In this document: one piece after another, positions 39,601 through 51,416 of the stretch | How positions within the stretch are numbered: the first letter of the stretch is position 1 | Layout of the letters: each line of letters begins with the position of its first letter | NCBI RefSeq assembly: GCF_018977255.1 | Contig: NW_024704755.1 | Location: forward strand, 7,812,001-7,876,000 | Source: Callorhinchus milii | Lineage: Eukaryota | DNA length: 64,000 bases | Reading direction: 5' to 3' | Translations under genes and position numbers: made by a program | The notes under the pieces: generated by a model | The model's database searches: none | Seen by the model: only the letters and a program-made list of their open reading frames with translations | What the model was told of the DNA's origin: nothing

Positions 39601-41442
39601 GTGGTTAGAGTTACAACTAAAACGAAAACTGCCGGTAATCAGTTTAATACTGAGGCCTAGGATTAGTTTTTGGTGTAATTTCCAGTTAAAATGCACACAG
39701 TAAAAAATAACTTGCAACAATACCCTTGATCCTTGGAGAATTTTGAGAAGACAGCACATAATGAAGCTGTTTTTGCTCGACAGTGATCAAAGGCCTAATT
39801 AACAATGGCCTACTTTTACTTAACTAGGAATGGCAAAGTCTAAACTTGGAGCTGAATTATCTATGGATTACATCTACACGGGTTTAAGAAGATATACACA
39901 TACAAGGGAGCAGCAACATTAATGAGTTGTGCCCTGTCTTCATAACAGGCTGCACTCAAAGCAATTGCTTTTATAATGTATCCTATCGGCGTTCCCAATA
40001 CTCGGATTCCTTTGTGTCCAACAGCACAATATTATTCTCTGAACGTCAAAAGCTAGGTTAAGAATGTAAAGCTGGTCACACTCTTTGCTCAGCGATCACT
40101 GAACTGGTTCATGTTGCCTACCCTGATGCCCCCATTCTCTGGATCTCCATCCCAGAGTCCCTGTCTCAAGACATACCTTTTGACCGCGCTTATGGTCATC
40201 TTGACCGTCTCCTTTCACTCACCTCCGGTGCCCAGTCAGGACTATCAAGCTCTTTGAGATGCCTCCCCAACATCAACAACAACAAAATTACATTTTTGAA
40301 GCGCCTTTCACGTCAGGAGGACATCCCAAGGGTTGAACAGTCAGGGATCAGGACCTGAGTGTGGGGGAAAGGTTGGATGAGGGAGGGCAGAGGAGGTAGG
40401 AGGGCAGCCATAGGTACGGTCAAAAAGGAGGGTCTTGAGTCATACCTTGAAGGAGACGAGAGGGAACAAGGCGAAGGGATTGTGGGATGGAGTTCGAAAG
40501 AGTGGGGGCAGAGAGGCTGAAAGCCTGGCCACCGATGGTAGGGCGGATCGGGCGGGAAACCAGGAGCAAGCTATGAAAGGTGCTATATAAATTGTATTAT
40601 TGATGCTGAATAGCTGTCATGAGTAGAAATATTCAGACTTAGGATGTTAATGTTTGTGTCATTTGGCTACTACTTGGTTGTGCAGCTTTTTCAGAAACCA
40701 TTTTATTCCATATTTTGAGACGTTCAATGAATTTAACACGTTATACTAACACAAATTACCTGACTGCATGATACAGTCGAGGAGCAAATATTTAGATAGA
40801 TAATTGCCTGCTTAAGAGAATTACAGTGAATGAGATTTCTTAAACACTGCACCCATGAAAGTATTACTCCAATAAAATGAAGAGAATTCACTGCAAGAAA
40901 AGAGCCTGTTGTTCTAGTGACAAATGATCTGAATAATTTGCAGCGTTGTCCAGCAGTGACAGGACTACCTCCCAGCCAGATGGTCACAAGTCAGAATCCC
41001 AAGAGGGGCTATCTATGATTCAGAGATCACTGTTTGTCAGCTGATAGGTGAAACAACTGACAGTTACCAGCTGGAAATCTTCAAATTATGAAACATTCAA
41101 GCAAAGGGAAGAGAATAACCATATGCCAATTGTCAAAGAATCCACAAAATATTCAGGATATATACGGATAGGTTTAGTATTGTGATGCATATCTTGGAAT
41201 GCACAGACTGAAAAGGGGTGTAATATCATTGTCTTTAATATTTTCCTGCAGAGGTTAAACAGGCTGTAAGAATTCCAGTTCTCATTGGCTCTGGTGTGAC
41301 CCATGAAAATCTGGAGCACTACACGGATGCAAGTGCTTTGATAATTGGGTCCCATTTCAAAAAAGGAGGATACTGGGCTAATGAGGTGGATTCTGAAAGG
41401 ATAAAGAAGTTTATGGAGAAGATGCATCACCTGAGAGCATAA
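33512..41442 (+). CDS. BtpA/SgcQ-family TIM-barrel protein (268 aa), 6 coding exons
   Basis: Exons 33512-33584 ([25 protein letters not shown]), 33671-33753, 36086-36266 ([13 protein letters not shown]...LLLGVQIL), 36475-36625 ([16 protein letters not shown]...DIKKKH), 38798-38925 ([11 protein letters not shown]), 41252-41442 (PVLIGSGVT...[12 protein letters not shown]). Total 807 nt, open frame, GT-AG introns. The motifs IGMVH-x-x-x-LPG, ENxxDxP, FIRV, DxxxKH, vTGxxTG and GSGV are hallmarks of BtpA/SgcQ. Confidence 0.92.
33965..35300 (+). mobile_element. L2-clade LINE fragment (same family as 15420-16703) in BtpA-like intron 2, interrupted by a SINE
   Basis: [10 protein letters not shown] at ~34030-34060; resumes at ~34370 colinear with 15815 onward; (TTG)n tail at ~35285. 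Confidence 0.9.
34092..34371 (-). mobile_element. tRNA(Ala)-derived SINE with L2-type 3' tail
   Basis: Head CCTGTAGCTCAGTGGTTAGAGCACTCGCTTTGCACGTGAGAGATTTGCGTTCAATTCCAGGCACAGG has A box, TGC anticodon loop and B box. Tail GTCCTCCCGACGTGAAAAGCGCTATATCAAATGCAAGGATTATTATT. Flanking CAGGACTACT at 34082-34091 and 34368-34377. Confidence 0.85.
40040..40620. mobile_element. Two opposed L2 3' fragments (+ ~40040-40270, - ~40273-40570)
   Basis: Both resemble the L2 3' end; the (AAC)n tail of the minus copy is at ~40274. Confidence 0.7.
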
Positions 41443-44140
41443 AACTTCAGCACTTATTGTTGTAGCATATAACCCAATGTAATCCATTTCAAGTGATGAA
41501 CAGACTTAGCACCAGTGTTAGTGTGGGCACAGATTTTCACTTAATGCTTATGAGGTTCTGAATTTTGATGCTTTGATGTGATGTGATTGTTCTTTTAACT
41601 TAAACTATAATGTATGTAAGCAGTGTATATAATTCTCATATTTGTACTTAAAGACTGCTTTTGATCAGACACAATGAGTTGGATTAAATGCTGATACCTA
41701 AGAGTCAAAGGTATAAGTATAAATCGTGAAACTGTATGTAGCCAATCCAACAATTGAACAGTTGATGTAAATAATTATCACCCGATCTATGATGTGATTT
41801 ATTGCATTTAGAAAGCTAAAAAAAAATTTGCCCTCAATAAAGAAGTCATACCCTTAAGAAACTGGTTTTATCATTCAGGTAAGAATGTAATGTACCCATC
41901 AACCCCTCCCCTGCTTAAACTGCAAGCAGTTGTACAATTCATTTTGTTTAAGAGCTGCCATGATTATGCACTGCTGATGCTGACCTCGATTCACCTGCTG
42001 TATATCACAGTAAAATCTCCGTAGTAATATATTCTTGCATTTGATATAGCGCCTTATCACATCTTCGAGACATCTCAAAGCGCTTCACAGAATATACTGA
42101 GCTTGATATTTTGAAAGTGAATTGACTATATTTTGTGGGCGAAACATCAAGCTCATAAATCACAAAGGTTTTGAACGGTTCCATCATCAATTAAGCACTG
42201 AAAGACAACTTTCTGTTTGCATATAAATTTTATTTAGTCAATTACCAAACTTTTACAAGAATAACAATCAACTTTATTTTTACATCTCTTGTCAATTTTT
42301 ATATTTTAACTTGCATCAGTAAGATCTAGTGAAACAGTGCCTCTTTAAAATGTTTGTCAAGAATCAATCTCTCCCACTTATTTTATGGCACAGCATGCAC
42401 ACCTATTATAAAGTATGCAACTACATGAATGAAGTCCCAGCTGCTCTTTGTAAAATAGAACTGTTTTTTATATTTTGAAACTGGCCCATTCAAGTAAGTT
42501 TAAAAACATTGTAACAGTTGAAGGCTTTTTTTGTTTACATTTTACAAACTAAAGTTTACAAATAATTACAGGCAACAAAATGGCCCGTCTACTCAGTATC
42601 TATTTTACTGCATTTACTTTGTCAACTCTTCACTTTGTTAAACCATCTTCTGAAGCTAGTCATTACTTCTGGATGTAGTGTGTTGAGCACTGATAGCTCT
42701 CTAGCACCTCAGCCAAGTGGCTATTATGTGGGAGCCTCGTCAGTGAGTGTTTAGTCATTAAAGATATAACAACAAAGTCTGCTCTTGTCCCCACTTAGTA
42801 CGTGCACATCTATTACGGATAGCAATTGATATTGAGCGTCTTAAGTGATTTTTGCTCCTTTTTCAGTCCAGAGATGTTAAGGTCCCGCTGCTGCTCTGGT
42901 TGAGATGGGCTCGGCAATGCCTGGCAATTTGAATGCAGGCCCTTCCTGAGCTATGTGGCTCTGCATAACAGGAAACATTTTTTTCTTTGACAGGAGGTAG
43001 GTTAATAGATTTTTGTCAGTGACTTACTAGGTCATTACAATTTCTGACATTTTGTCAGTAGCGGAAAATATAACAGGTGCTGAGTTTGTGATTGCGCAAC
43101 TTAATACTGCTAGACAGAAAATTAACAATGTTCTTTTTAATGCTTGGCTCATCACCTTTTTTTAATTAATTACTTTGTGTCACTGAAACGCCAACAAAAC
43201 AAACAACATCTGAAAAGTACTATCTACTGCATGAAAAACTAGTCTTGTCTCCCCCATGACATTATTTGGCAAGATAAATTGATAATGTTAATATTACAGT
43301 AATATAGCTATTAACAGTTTTATTATTGTAATGTTGATTGTTTGCGACATTACAAGCTTGAATGTACATAAAATAGGAGAACAGAGAGCCTGGCTTGAGT
43401 CAACCAAACAATGATGGACTTTGTTGGACAAAATAGTCTTGTTTCTAAAATGTATGTTGTTATACGTACTCTGGAGCTGCTTGCAGTCTAAGAGTTAATA
43501 ATCACAACAATTGCATGTTTAATACTCTAGTTGGAAGTATATCCCTGGAGCAATAATGGTTGTTATAATGTGGCACACACACACATCCTGACCATCTGTA
43601 AATACCTGGAATTCTTAATGCATATAGTACCTTTGTGGCTCTCGGCAGGCAACAGTACAGTTGGTTCCACAGGGAACAGGTTATCATAAATAGTACAATT
43701 TTAGCTGCACTAAAGTTCCTAAGGTTACTGATGCATTCCTCTGAAACCATGTTTAAGGTTACTGCAGAGGTTGCCACCTTCAGTCAAGTTTTCATTGCAT
43801 GAGGTCTCGCTTTGCACAACTTTATAATGCCATGTCTCAAATTAACATGTAATGTTAGTTTAGAAGCAAATACAGATTTTGTACTGTTAGTATTGAGTAA
43901 ATATACAGGTTTTAGCATAGAGATACTACAACCCTAAATGCCATTGAGTATGACAAATGGAGGTTGATGTCATTATTTTATACTGTATGACTTTGAAAAG
44001 TATACTAAATAAGCTTTGCTCTACCGACAGTATTCTATAATCTAAAAGAGTTTAAAAACTTTAAGCCAAGTTACTTAACACTCCGAATTTACCACTGCAA
44101 TTCAATACATTGTTATGTAGGCAGTCTCCTATTCCCTGAT

Positions 44141-47100
44141 TTAATATTTATGATTGCGCTGACAGGGTTGTTTGAAATGTCCAAAGTGCTTTTCCTTGGC
44201 AAAATAGCGTTTTCTCGCTCTGTTTTGCCTGCGAAGGTGATTGCAGCTCAGTTTTCGCCTCTCTACATATAATTTGGCACATTGCATGAAATGGATATGA
44301 CTGGTATGTTCGAGAACACTATCCCGAATCCTGAAAGCAGACACTCTTCGTGGGACATACTGCACAATCGGAATGACCCTGGATAGAAAAAAAATAACAT
44401 TTAACTTGCCACTTGTTTTACTATGTCAAATGTTAATACTTTGAAGTGAAGTACTATTGATTATAGCACTCTAGGGTACTAACATACACTGCTCAAGACA
44501 CTGACATACTTTCTCTGCAATGGACACACCGATCACTTACAAATGTTCTTTATAATTCCCAAAGGTAGTTTGACAGTAAAAGAGTCCCATTTATTAAAGT
44601 ACAGTCTTGCTTGCTTTTTTGTTTATGCAAACAATTTATTAGATATCTATAAGTCACTTCTTCTGTCTCTGTATTGGAATGAGTTATACTCTTGAAATGT
44701 GATATTAAGAAACATTTATTGTTGAAACATTCTAGTTCTCTTAGATATTCTCCATAAAGACATGATGAAATTCCCTGTAATGTTAACATATTCACAACAT
44801 TTCAACATTTGAAAGTGTGCTTACCTTTCAAAGTAGCCTTGTAAAATATCAGATTATTTAAGTGCTTTAAAATACCTGACATTGTTCATGGTCTTAAAAT
44901 AATAGTAATAGCACAGTCCAAATATGCTTCATGAAAGTTGATAGCATTCATTTGATGAACGTGAGTAATAAATAATAGTAAAAATATGCTCAAAACACAT
45001 AACTTTTTAAACCATGGTTGTATTCACTTCAAAGGAATACTTGTTCTGATTATACTATCATGGAAAAGAAGCAAGCGTCAGCTAGCGTATTTATAAATCT
45101 CGATGCTGGAGACCAAGGATATTACAATGTTGCACAACAGATGTCACTTTTGTAGCCCAGAAGGCAAACCATTGTCGTCTGCTGTCAGAACTGTGAGTAA
45201 TTTAAAATTACCTTTGGGTTATAATGAATTGCCTGGAGCAAGAGAATATTGTTATACACAGTTATTCATGTCTCAAGAACCAACAGAATAGATATAATAA
45301 TGTCAACAAGGGCCTAAGCATGAAAACTAATTTAACTGTGTGCCACACTCAACTTCTCAGTTTTTCTCGAGATGTAAGATGCACAACACTAGTGGCAGTG
45401 AAGAAGAGATGTGAGCTGTGAGGAATCGGTTTAATGGGAGAACTCTTAAGAAAACAATAAGTACAACTTAATACAGCTATACCAGCTTATAAAGCAGGAC
45501 CCAAGGAGAACGCATGGCCAGCTTCCCACATCACTACGGAAGCAGGAAGCGACATTGGCGGTAAACTAATGGCTTGGAAATCATCCATTTTTAGTGCAGG
45601 GAGTTAGCTTTCTGTGCATATGAACAATGCAGAAGTATTGTACCAAGTTATAAGGCTGGTTGCGATTTTATTGACCCCAAGCTGACACATTGTCATGAGG
45701 CTCTACTGTAATTGTAATATAAGTGCATATTCGAATGGAAAGATTAAACTTAAAAACAATCTAAAATTATATTACACACTTGGGAGTTTGCCCCTCCTCC
45801 TCCGCTGCAGATTCTTCTTCACTGTCCTTGTTTTTGTTTTCCAGGGAGTACACAGACATGCTCGGGTGTTCAATTAGGAGATTTTCCAGGGGATCAGTTG
45901 GTACATTCACCACTGGTTGTTGGCCTGTAATAAAGCAAGACTTTGAGATTAGCCACTAAGTTAAACACAAGGTAAACTGTCTTCTTTGTCATGTATCACT
46001 GCAGATTTATATCAGTTTGCAGATTCTGTTAGAAATTCTGCTTCTGTGCTAAAATGTCAAATGGACAAATGTATGTTGGAAATTGGTTACTTCCCTCAGA
46101 ATATTGAATGTTTTGTGTAGACAATGGTAATAAATTCTGATAATCTACAGAGTCTTATGTTTCTTAATATGCTAATATAATTAATATTATATTCGAATTT
46201 ATACAACATAATTTATATAGGGTCTTTCACATCGGGGTACACCTCACTCCTATGGCATTTCTAACAACATTTTAAAAAGTCTTTAGTCTGGTGTAAAGAA
46301 TATTTTACAAAATTATGATAGGCCATGATGCAAAATTGTCATTGCTGATGGAAGGATAGCAAGGGAGTAGACAGACTAAGACAGAAACTGGCAAACAACC
46401 CCAAAAAAGAGAATCTAAAAATTAAGTATAAATTGAAACCGGAAAGGTGGAAGGAGTATTATCGTCATTTCACAATTTATAAATTAATCAACACAGCCAT
46501 TAAAGTTGCAAATCACATATCTCATATTGGAATTTAAAGGTGTAGAGCTGGGATATTTATTTAAATATTTATTGAATCAAAATTCTAGATTACGAGTCTG
46601 GAAATATTACCATTTCGGTTAAGTGAGTCATATATCTTACTGTGGCCTAGTTCAGGGTTTAAACCTAAATCAGGTCAAAATTACAAGTCTTGCGTTGCTG
46701 CAGGATTTGTAGTTCTTTTCAGATATTTCCATATGAGCAGAAAAGAACTACAGTTTCCACAATACATAGCTTTCAACATTAACCGTACTCCTCCTGGTGG
46801 CGTGTTTAGATCAGACTGTCCCTGTAATAGCTGCTGACTCCTCATTTTTCCTAATCTAGATGTCTTAAAATGGTGTAAGATTGATACCTTACAGCCTGCA
46901 GTTCTGGCATTTGTATCAACCCGTTGCTTCTGCAGTTTGGATTTAGTGGGAGAGGTTTTTCTATTGATGTCTTGCCACGAGAGTTTAATTTGTTTCCGCT
47001 GTACTGCTCGGTTCAGTTTGAGTTGCTTTGCTAAATTTTCAGCATAAAGTTTGCACAATGATGCAGCAAAAACTTGGTCAAAATTCTTCAACAAAGAACT

Positions 47101-48000
47101 AATTCTTATGAGAGAATCTTACAACTGAAACCATGCCAATATATACTTTGGTTTCGCAGTTTAGTACTGAGCCATACAGAGGATCGCAGATGTGACTGTA
47201 ACTGCTTGTTGTATTAAAACAACTTTGATGTACATTTGAAATTAAAATAAAGACAAACAAAGGGACAATGAAATGAAAGCCAAAAATAAAACGTTTCATA
47301 TCACCAAGGTCAGAATCAAATAATTTATTTCTATTGGGAATGTTTCATTTTGCCAGATCTCTATATCAGTGCAACCTCAACTCCACTACAAAAAGCCATT
47401 CTACAAGCTGGAATATATACTTAGCCTTTGTGGTAAACTTCTTAGGGGTCACTTTGACTAAGAGCTTAAGAGGATAGCTAATACCTATTACTCTCAGCTT
47501 TGAGGTAACACCCATATGCTTTTGGCAATGTATAAAGAACACAAAATAATATTAAAATACTGTTCAAATTAAATGAGGTACAGCTCAACCTAATCTCATA
47601 ACATTTCAAACTGCTGCCTGGGTAAGTCTCGGAAATATTGTTATAGTTTGTATTTACAACACTAGGCCAGTGAAGATTTACAAAAACCACAGTGGGGACT
47701 TAGTGAATAAATCATTTATCTCATATCATAATGCACTCATAACTTATTCATAGTTAAATAAATATTGTTTCTATCAGGTCCCTGTGAGGGATTGCACAGG
47801 TACATCTTAGCTGAGATCACCTGTGCAAATCCTTTGCATACAAAACATATTACACAAACACCTTAAAAAGTACCTTGGATATCTACAATAATCCAGTCAT
47901 CTTCTTCACTCTCATACAGCATGTGGTTCAAATCACTGATGCTTTCTTTGCTGTCTTCATACGTCTCATTGAGAAAGAAACTGGCGAGTTTTCCCAGCAT
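44141..48000 (-). CDS. TP53INP1/TP53INP2 (DOR)-family protein, 169 aa, 3 coding exons
   Basis: Exon 48000-47874 MLGKLASFFLNETYEDSKESISDLNHMLYESEEDDWIIVDIQ (acidic LIR W-I-I-V); exon 45924-45780 GQQPVVNVPTDPLENLLIEHPSMSVYSLE...; exon 44378-44141 ...ERRKLSCNHLRRQNRARKRY...KQPCQRNHKY*. Lengths 127+145+238 nt, phases 1 and 2 are compatible, and there is an in-frame upstream stop. ENLLIEHPSMSVY and LRRQN...QPCxR are family signatures. Confidence 0.9.
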
Positions 48001-49989
48001 GATGGACAAATGTACACAATGCCTTGTATCGGGTCTCCACTGTAATTTGCTTCCAACAAAGGTTTACTGTCAGCCAGTATTGTTACCTTTATTCCTATTA
48101 AAACATATATAGAATCCAAGTTATGCATTATAAACCGGGAAACTGTACTGAAATCCTTGGCAGTTTAATTGCAGCTCTTGCATCTATCCCGGCAAAGACC
48201 TGATTACTTCAAACCAGCAACCTAAAATTTTTAAATATAGAATGTTTTAAACCATCAGAATTCAAAAATATCAAACGCTGATCTTTAGTTGGCTGCAAAT
48301 CTTCATTATCCTCTAATGGGATTTAAAAAATATACCACAAAGCTTACAGGAAAGGATAGAAAGGATGATCTGAAAAGATGAAGGAAATCCATCATTAATC
48401 AGCTATGAAATCCATTCAGACAATTTAAGAAAGAGGATTTTATTGGTGATGATTATTTACAATCGATCATGTTACTGGTGTAAAACCTTTTGCACCAATT
48501 TCTACCACATCACTAATTATCCAGAGCTAGATTCCTCTTGGAGTATTTCAACGCCAGTACCACATGGCTCTTAAGCAGACAGGTGTACTGAAAAACTTCT
48601 CAGTAAGAGTTTGGATCAGTATTACCCATCCTCACGAATGGAGTATTATAGAATCTTTATTGCACAAATGGAGGACATTCAGCTCATTGTAATGTTTGCT
48701 GGCTCCTTGTGGCCCACTGGAGCTATCCAGTCTAATCCCATTCCTTGTAGGATATCAAAGGCATATATTCTGAATGCCTTCTAAAAATAAGAAATGTGCA
48801 CTGGCTATTAATGCAATATTAAAGGAAATGTTCAGCTTTATGTACTTAATTTTTTAGTGCGAGTTTGATTGTCTCATAGAATTATACAGCATAGAACGAG
48901 GCTATTCGGCCCATCGTGTCCGCACCAGCCCTTGTAAAAAGAGCTATCCAAATCAATCCCACTCCCCCGCGCTCTCCTCACAGCCCTGCAAACTCGTCCT
49001 CCCCCAAAATAATGATCTACTCAGAGAAACGGAATCTCTTTTTGAATCACGCCATGGGATCTTTAATATCCACCCGAACAAGCAGATGGGACCTGGATTT
49101 AACATCTAATCTGAAGACCCAACGAGTGACTTGAACACACGACTTAAAAGTACAAACAACCTGAAGCGCTCTTGCTTAATCTGAGCTGCCGTGTTTCGAA
49201 GGCGAGATCGAAACCGAAGTCTTGTCTTGTGGACACGAACTATCCCGTGCATTGTCCATAAAGGGAAGGAAGTTTCTTCCAGTGTGTAGACCAACAATCC
49301 TTGTGATTAAAAACAGTGCCACAGCTATTTGTGGGGCTTTCCTGTCTGCAGGCTGTTGCATTTGCTCACCAAAATAGTTCCCACGCTTGATACCAAATTG
49401 CCTGCGAAATACTTTTGGGGCATCTTTACGTGATAAAAGACTCTCTCTCTCTCTCTCTCTCTCTCTCAAAATAAGGCTAAAAGTCTTCTTAATTTAGAGG
49501 CAATCATTTCCTGCCCAAACATCCCATAACATTTTGCCTGAATTAAGTGGCAATGTTGCAACACGTCACGTAATGTTTACAGATCAATTGCACGACTTCG
49601 TTGTGTGTGTATATATAGATATATATAGATACATATAGATATAAAAAATTCTTTCGGTGGCCTAAGATTAATGCTATTTAAAAGTGATACAAGACACACA
49701 CACAACAACAACAACAACAAAAATATGTTGTGACTCCTGCGCTGTGGATGTATCGTCGGCGGTGTATCCGATTTCACAGCGGAGGGGAAAACGAGACATC
49801 AGCTGTTCAGACTGTATTCTGACTGTACTCTCTTAAAATATGACCTTCATCTCTCTCTCCCCACAAAAAGAACACTCCCCTTCCCCAATTCCACCCGAAT
49901 ACCCCAAATGACAGCCACCGATCCTCCTTTCCCCACAAAATGACTTTCCCCGAACTTGGACGACACTTTGGCTGAACTTGTCCCACCAC

Positions 49990-50440
49990 TTTGAACCAAC
50001 CCACACACACACACACCCACACCCCCACCCACACCCCCCAAACCCCCCCACCCACACCCCTCCACCCACCCACATCGCCCCCATCCACACACACCCCAAA
50101 CCCACCCACACACCCCCCTCCCACCCCCCAAACCACCCACCCCCCAAACTACCCACCCCCACCCACACATCCCCACCCCCCCACCCACACCCCCCAAACC
50201 ACCCCCCCACCCCCACACACCCCCAAACCACCCACACCCCACCCACACCCCCCAAACCCCCACCACCACACCCCCACCACACACACCCCAAACCCACCCA
50301 CCCCCCCACACACCCCCCCCCCCACCCCCCCAAACCACCCCCCCCACCCACACACACCCCAAACCACCCACCCCCAAACCACACACCCCCACCCCCACAC
50401 CCCCCACCCCCACACACACCCCCCAAACCACACCCCACAA
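49990..50440. repeat. C/A-rich low-complexity tract (G/T-rich on the minus strand)
   Basis: ~450 bp almost entirely C and A (CCCCCCAAACCACCC and CACACACCCC units). Confidence 0.9.
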
Positions 50441-50482
50441 ATAGTGGCAAATAAAACTCTCGCAATCCAAACTCTTTCTCAC

Positions 50483-51130
50483 CGATCAGTGGGGGTCGGG
50501 TCGGGGCTCTCAGGACGTGTGGAAATCTTGAGACAAAAACTAAAACTAAAGTTCAATCTCAGGGACGTGGGTTTTGCAGAGACCGAACAATTCCCTCCGA
50601 CAACAAAAGTCCTCAGTTTTACCGGTTTTTTTTTTTTTTTGAACGTTTTTCTCAGTCGTCGGCGAAGCGGAGTTATCGATCTCTACGAAAGCTTCTGGGA
50701 AACGCGCTGTTCGATCTTCTTCTGGTCGCGAGTTAAACTGCTCCGCAGACTTGTGGTTGCGCTTCTGGTTTGATCAGCTGTTTGCGGAATCGCCAATGTC
50801 TGTCTGTCTGTCTGTCTGTCTCCTCCTCTGAGAGGCACAGCCCCCCCCCCCCCCCCACCCACCACCCCCACCCACACCCCCAAAAAATAAAAGCATCGGA
50901 AGTTCATCTGTAGGTTATCTTCAAGTTGATCCGTGGCTCCGAGCTGACCTCTACCGTGCGGACGAAAGATGTCGTGTCCCGGGGCGAGGCACTTCAAGGC
51001 GGCTCGTAATCCCTTCAAGAATCAATCAATCAATCAATCAATCAATAATAATAATGATGATAATTTGGTCGTTCGGTCCACCACGAGTGAGACGCTGCTG
51101 TGCGCAAATTGGCTGCTTGGTTTCGCCCAC
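50483..51130. promoter_or_regulatory. CpG island, probable bidirectional promoter for the TP53INP-like gene (-) and C19orf12 copy A (+)
   Basis: CpG-rich; minus-strand donor CG|GTGAGA at 50483/50482 could splice to the acceptor at 48221; plus-strand donor-like CGA|GTGAGA near 51086. Confidence 0.65.
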
Positions 51131-51319
51131 AAAATGCACAGTCAATTCACTTTGCAGTATTTTCCGTGAAGCGCTTTCAGACATCTCAAGATCATGATTA
51201 AAAGGCTGTATCAAATGCAAGGATTATTATTATTACTAAGCGGTGAATATTTACCATTTAAGGCTGTAATTAGGTTCAATGAATAAACCATTTATTTCCT
51301 TGAACATTGTATTGGAAAG

Positions 51320-51416
51320 TATCTGGGTGTGGTGGGCAAATGGTAAGAAGAGTAAACTATCTGGGTGTGGTGGGCAAACGGTAAGAAGAGTAAACTATCT
51401 GGGTGTGGTGGGCAAA
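51320..51416. repeat. 38-bp tandem repeat, 2.5 copies
   Basis: TATCTGGGTGTGGTGGGCAAA(T/C)GGTAAGAAGAGTAAAC starting at 51320, 51358 and 51396. Confidence 0.9.

Noticed and set aside
33512-41442. Bacterial contamination or recent HGT for the BtpA-like gene
   Set aside because: Five spliceosomal introns containing host repeats, embedded in vertebrate synteny.
46681-47094. 137-aa minus-strand ORF in the TP53INP-like intron
   Set aside because: No ATG start, no family motif, and flanking exons join in frame without it; cannot be fully excluded as an alternative exon.
49807-50773. Long Gly/Val/Trp- and Pro/His/Thr-rich ORFs
   Set aside because: Translation artefacts of the C/A low-complexity tract.
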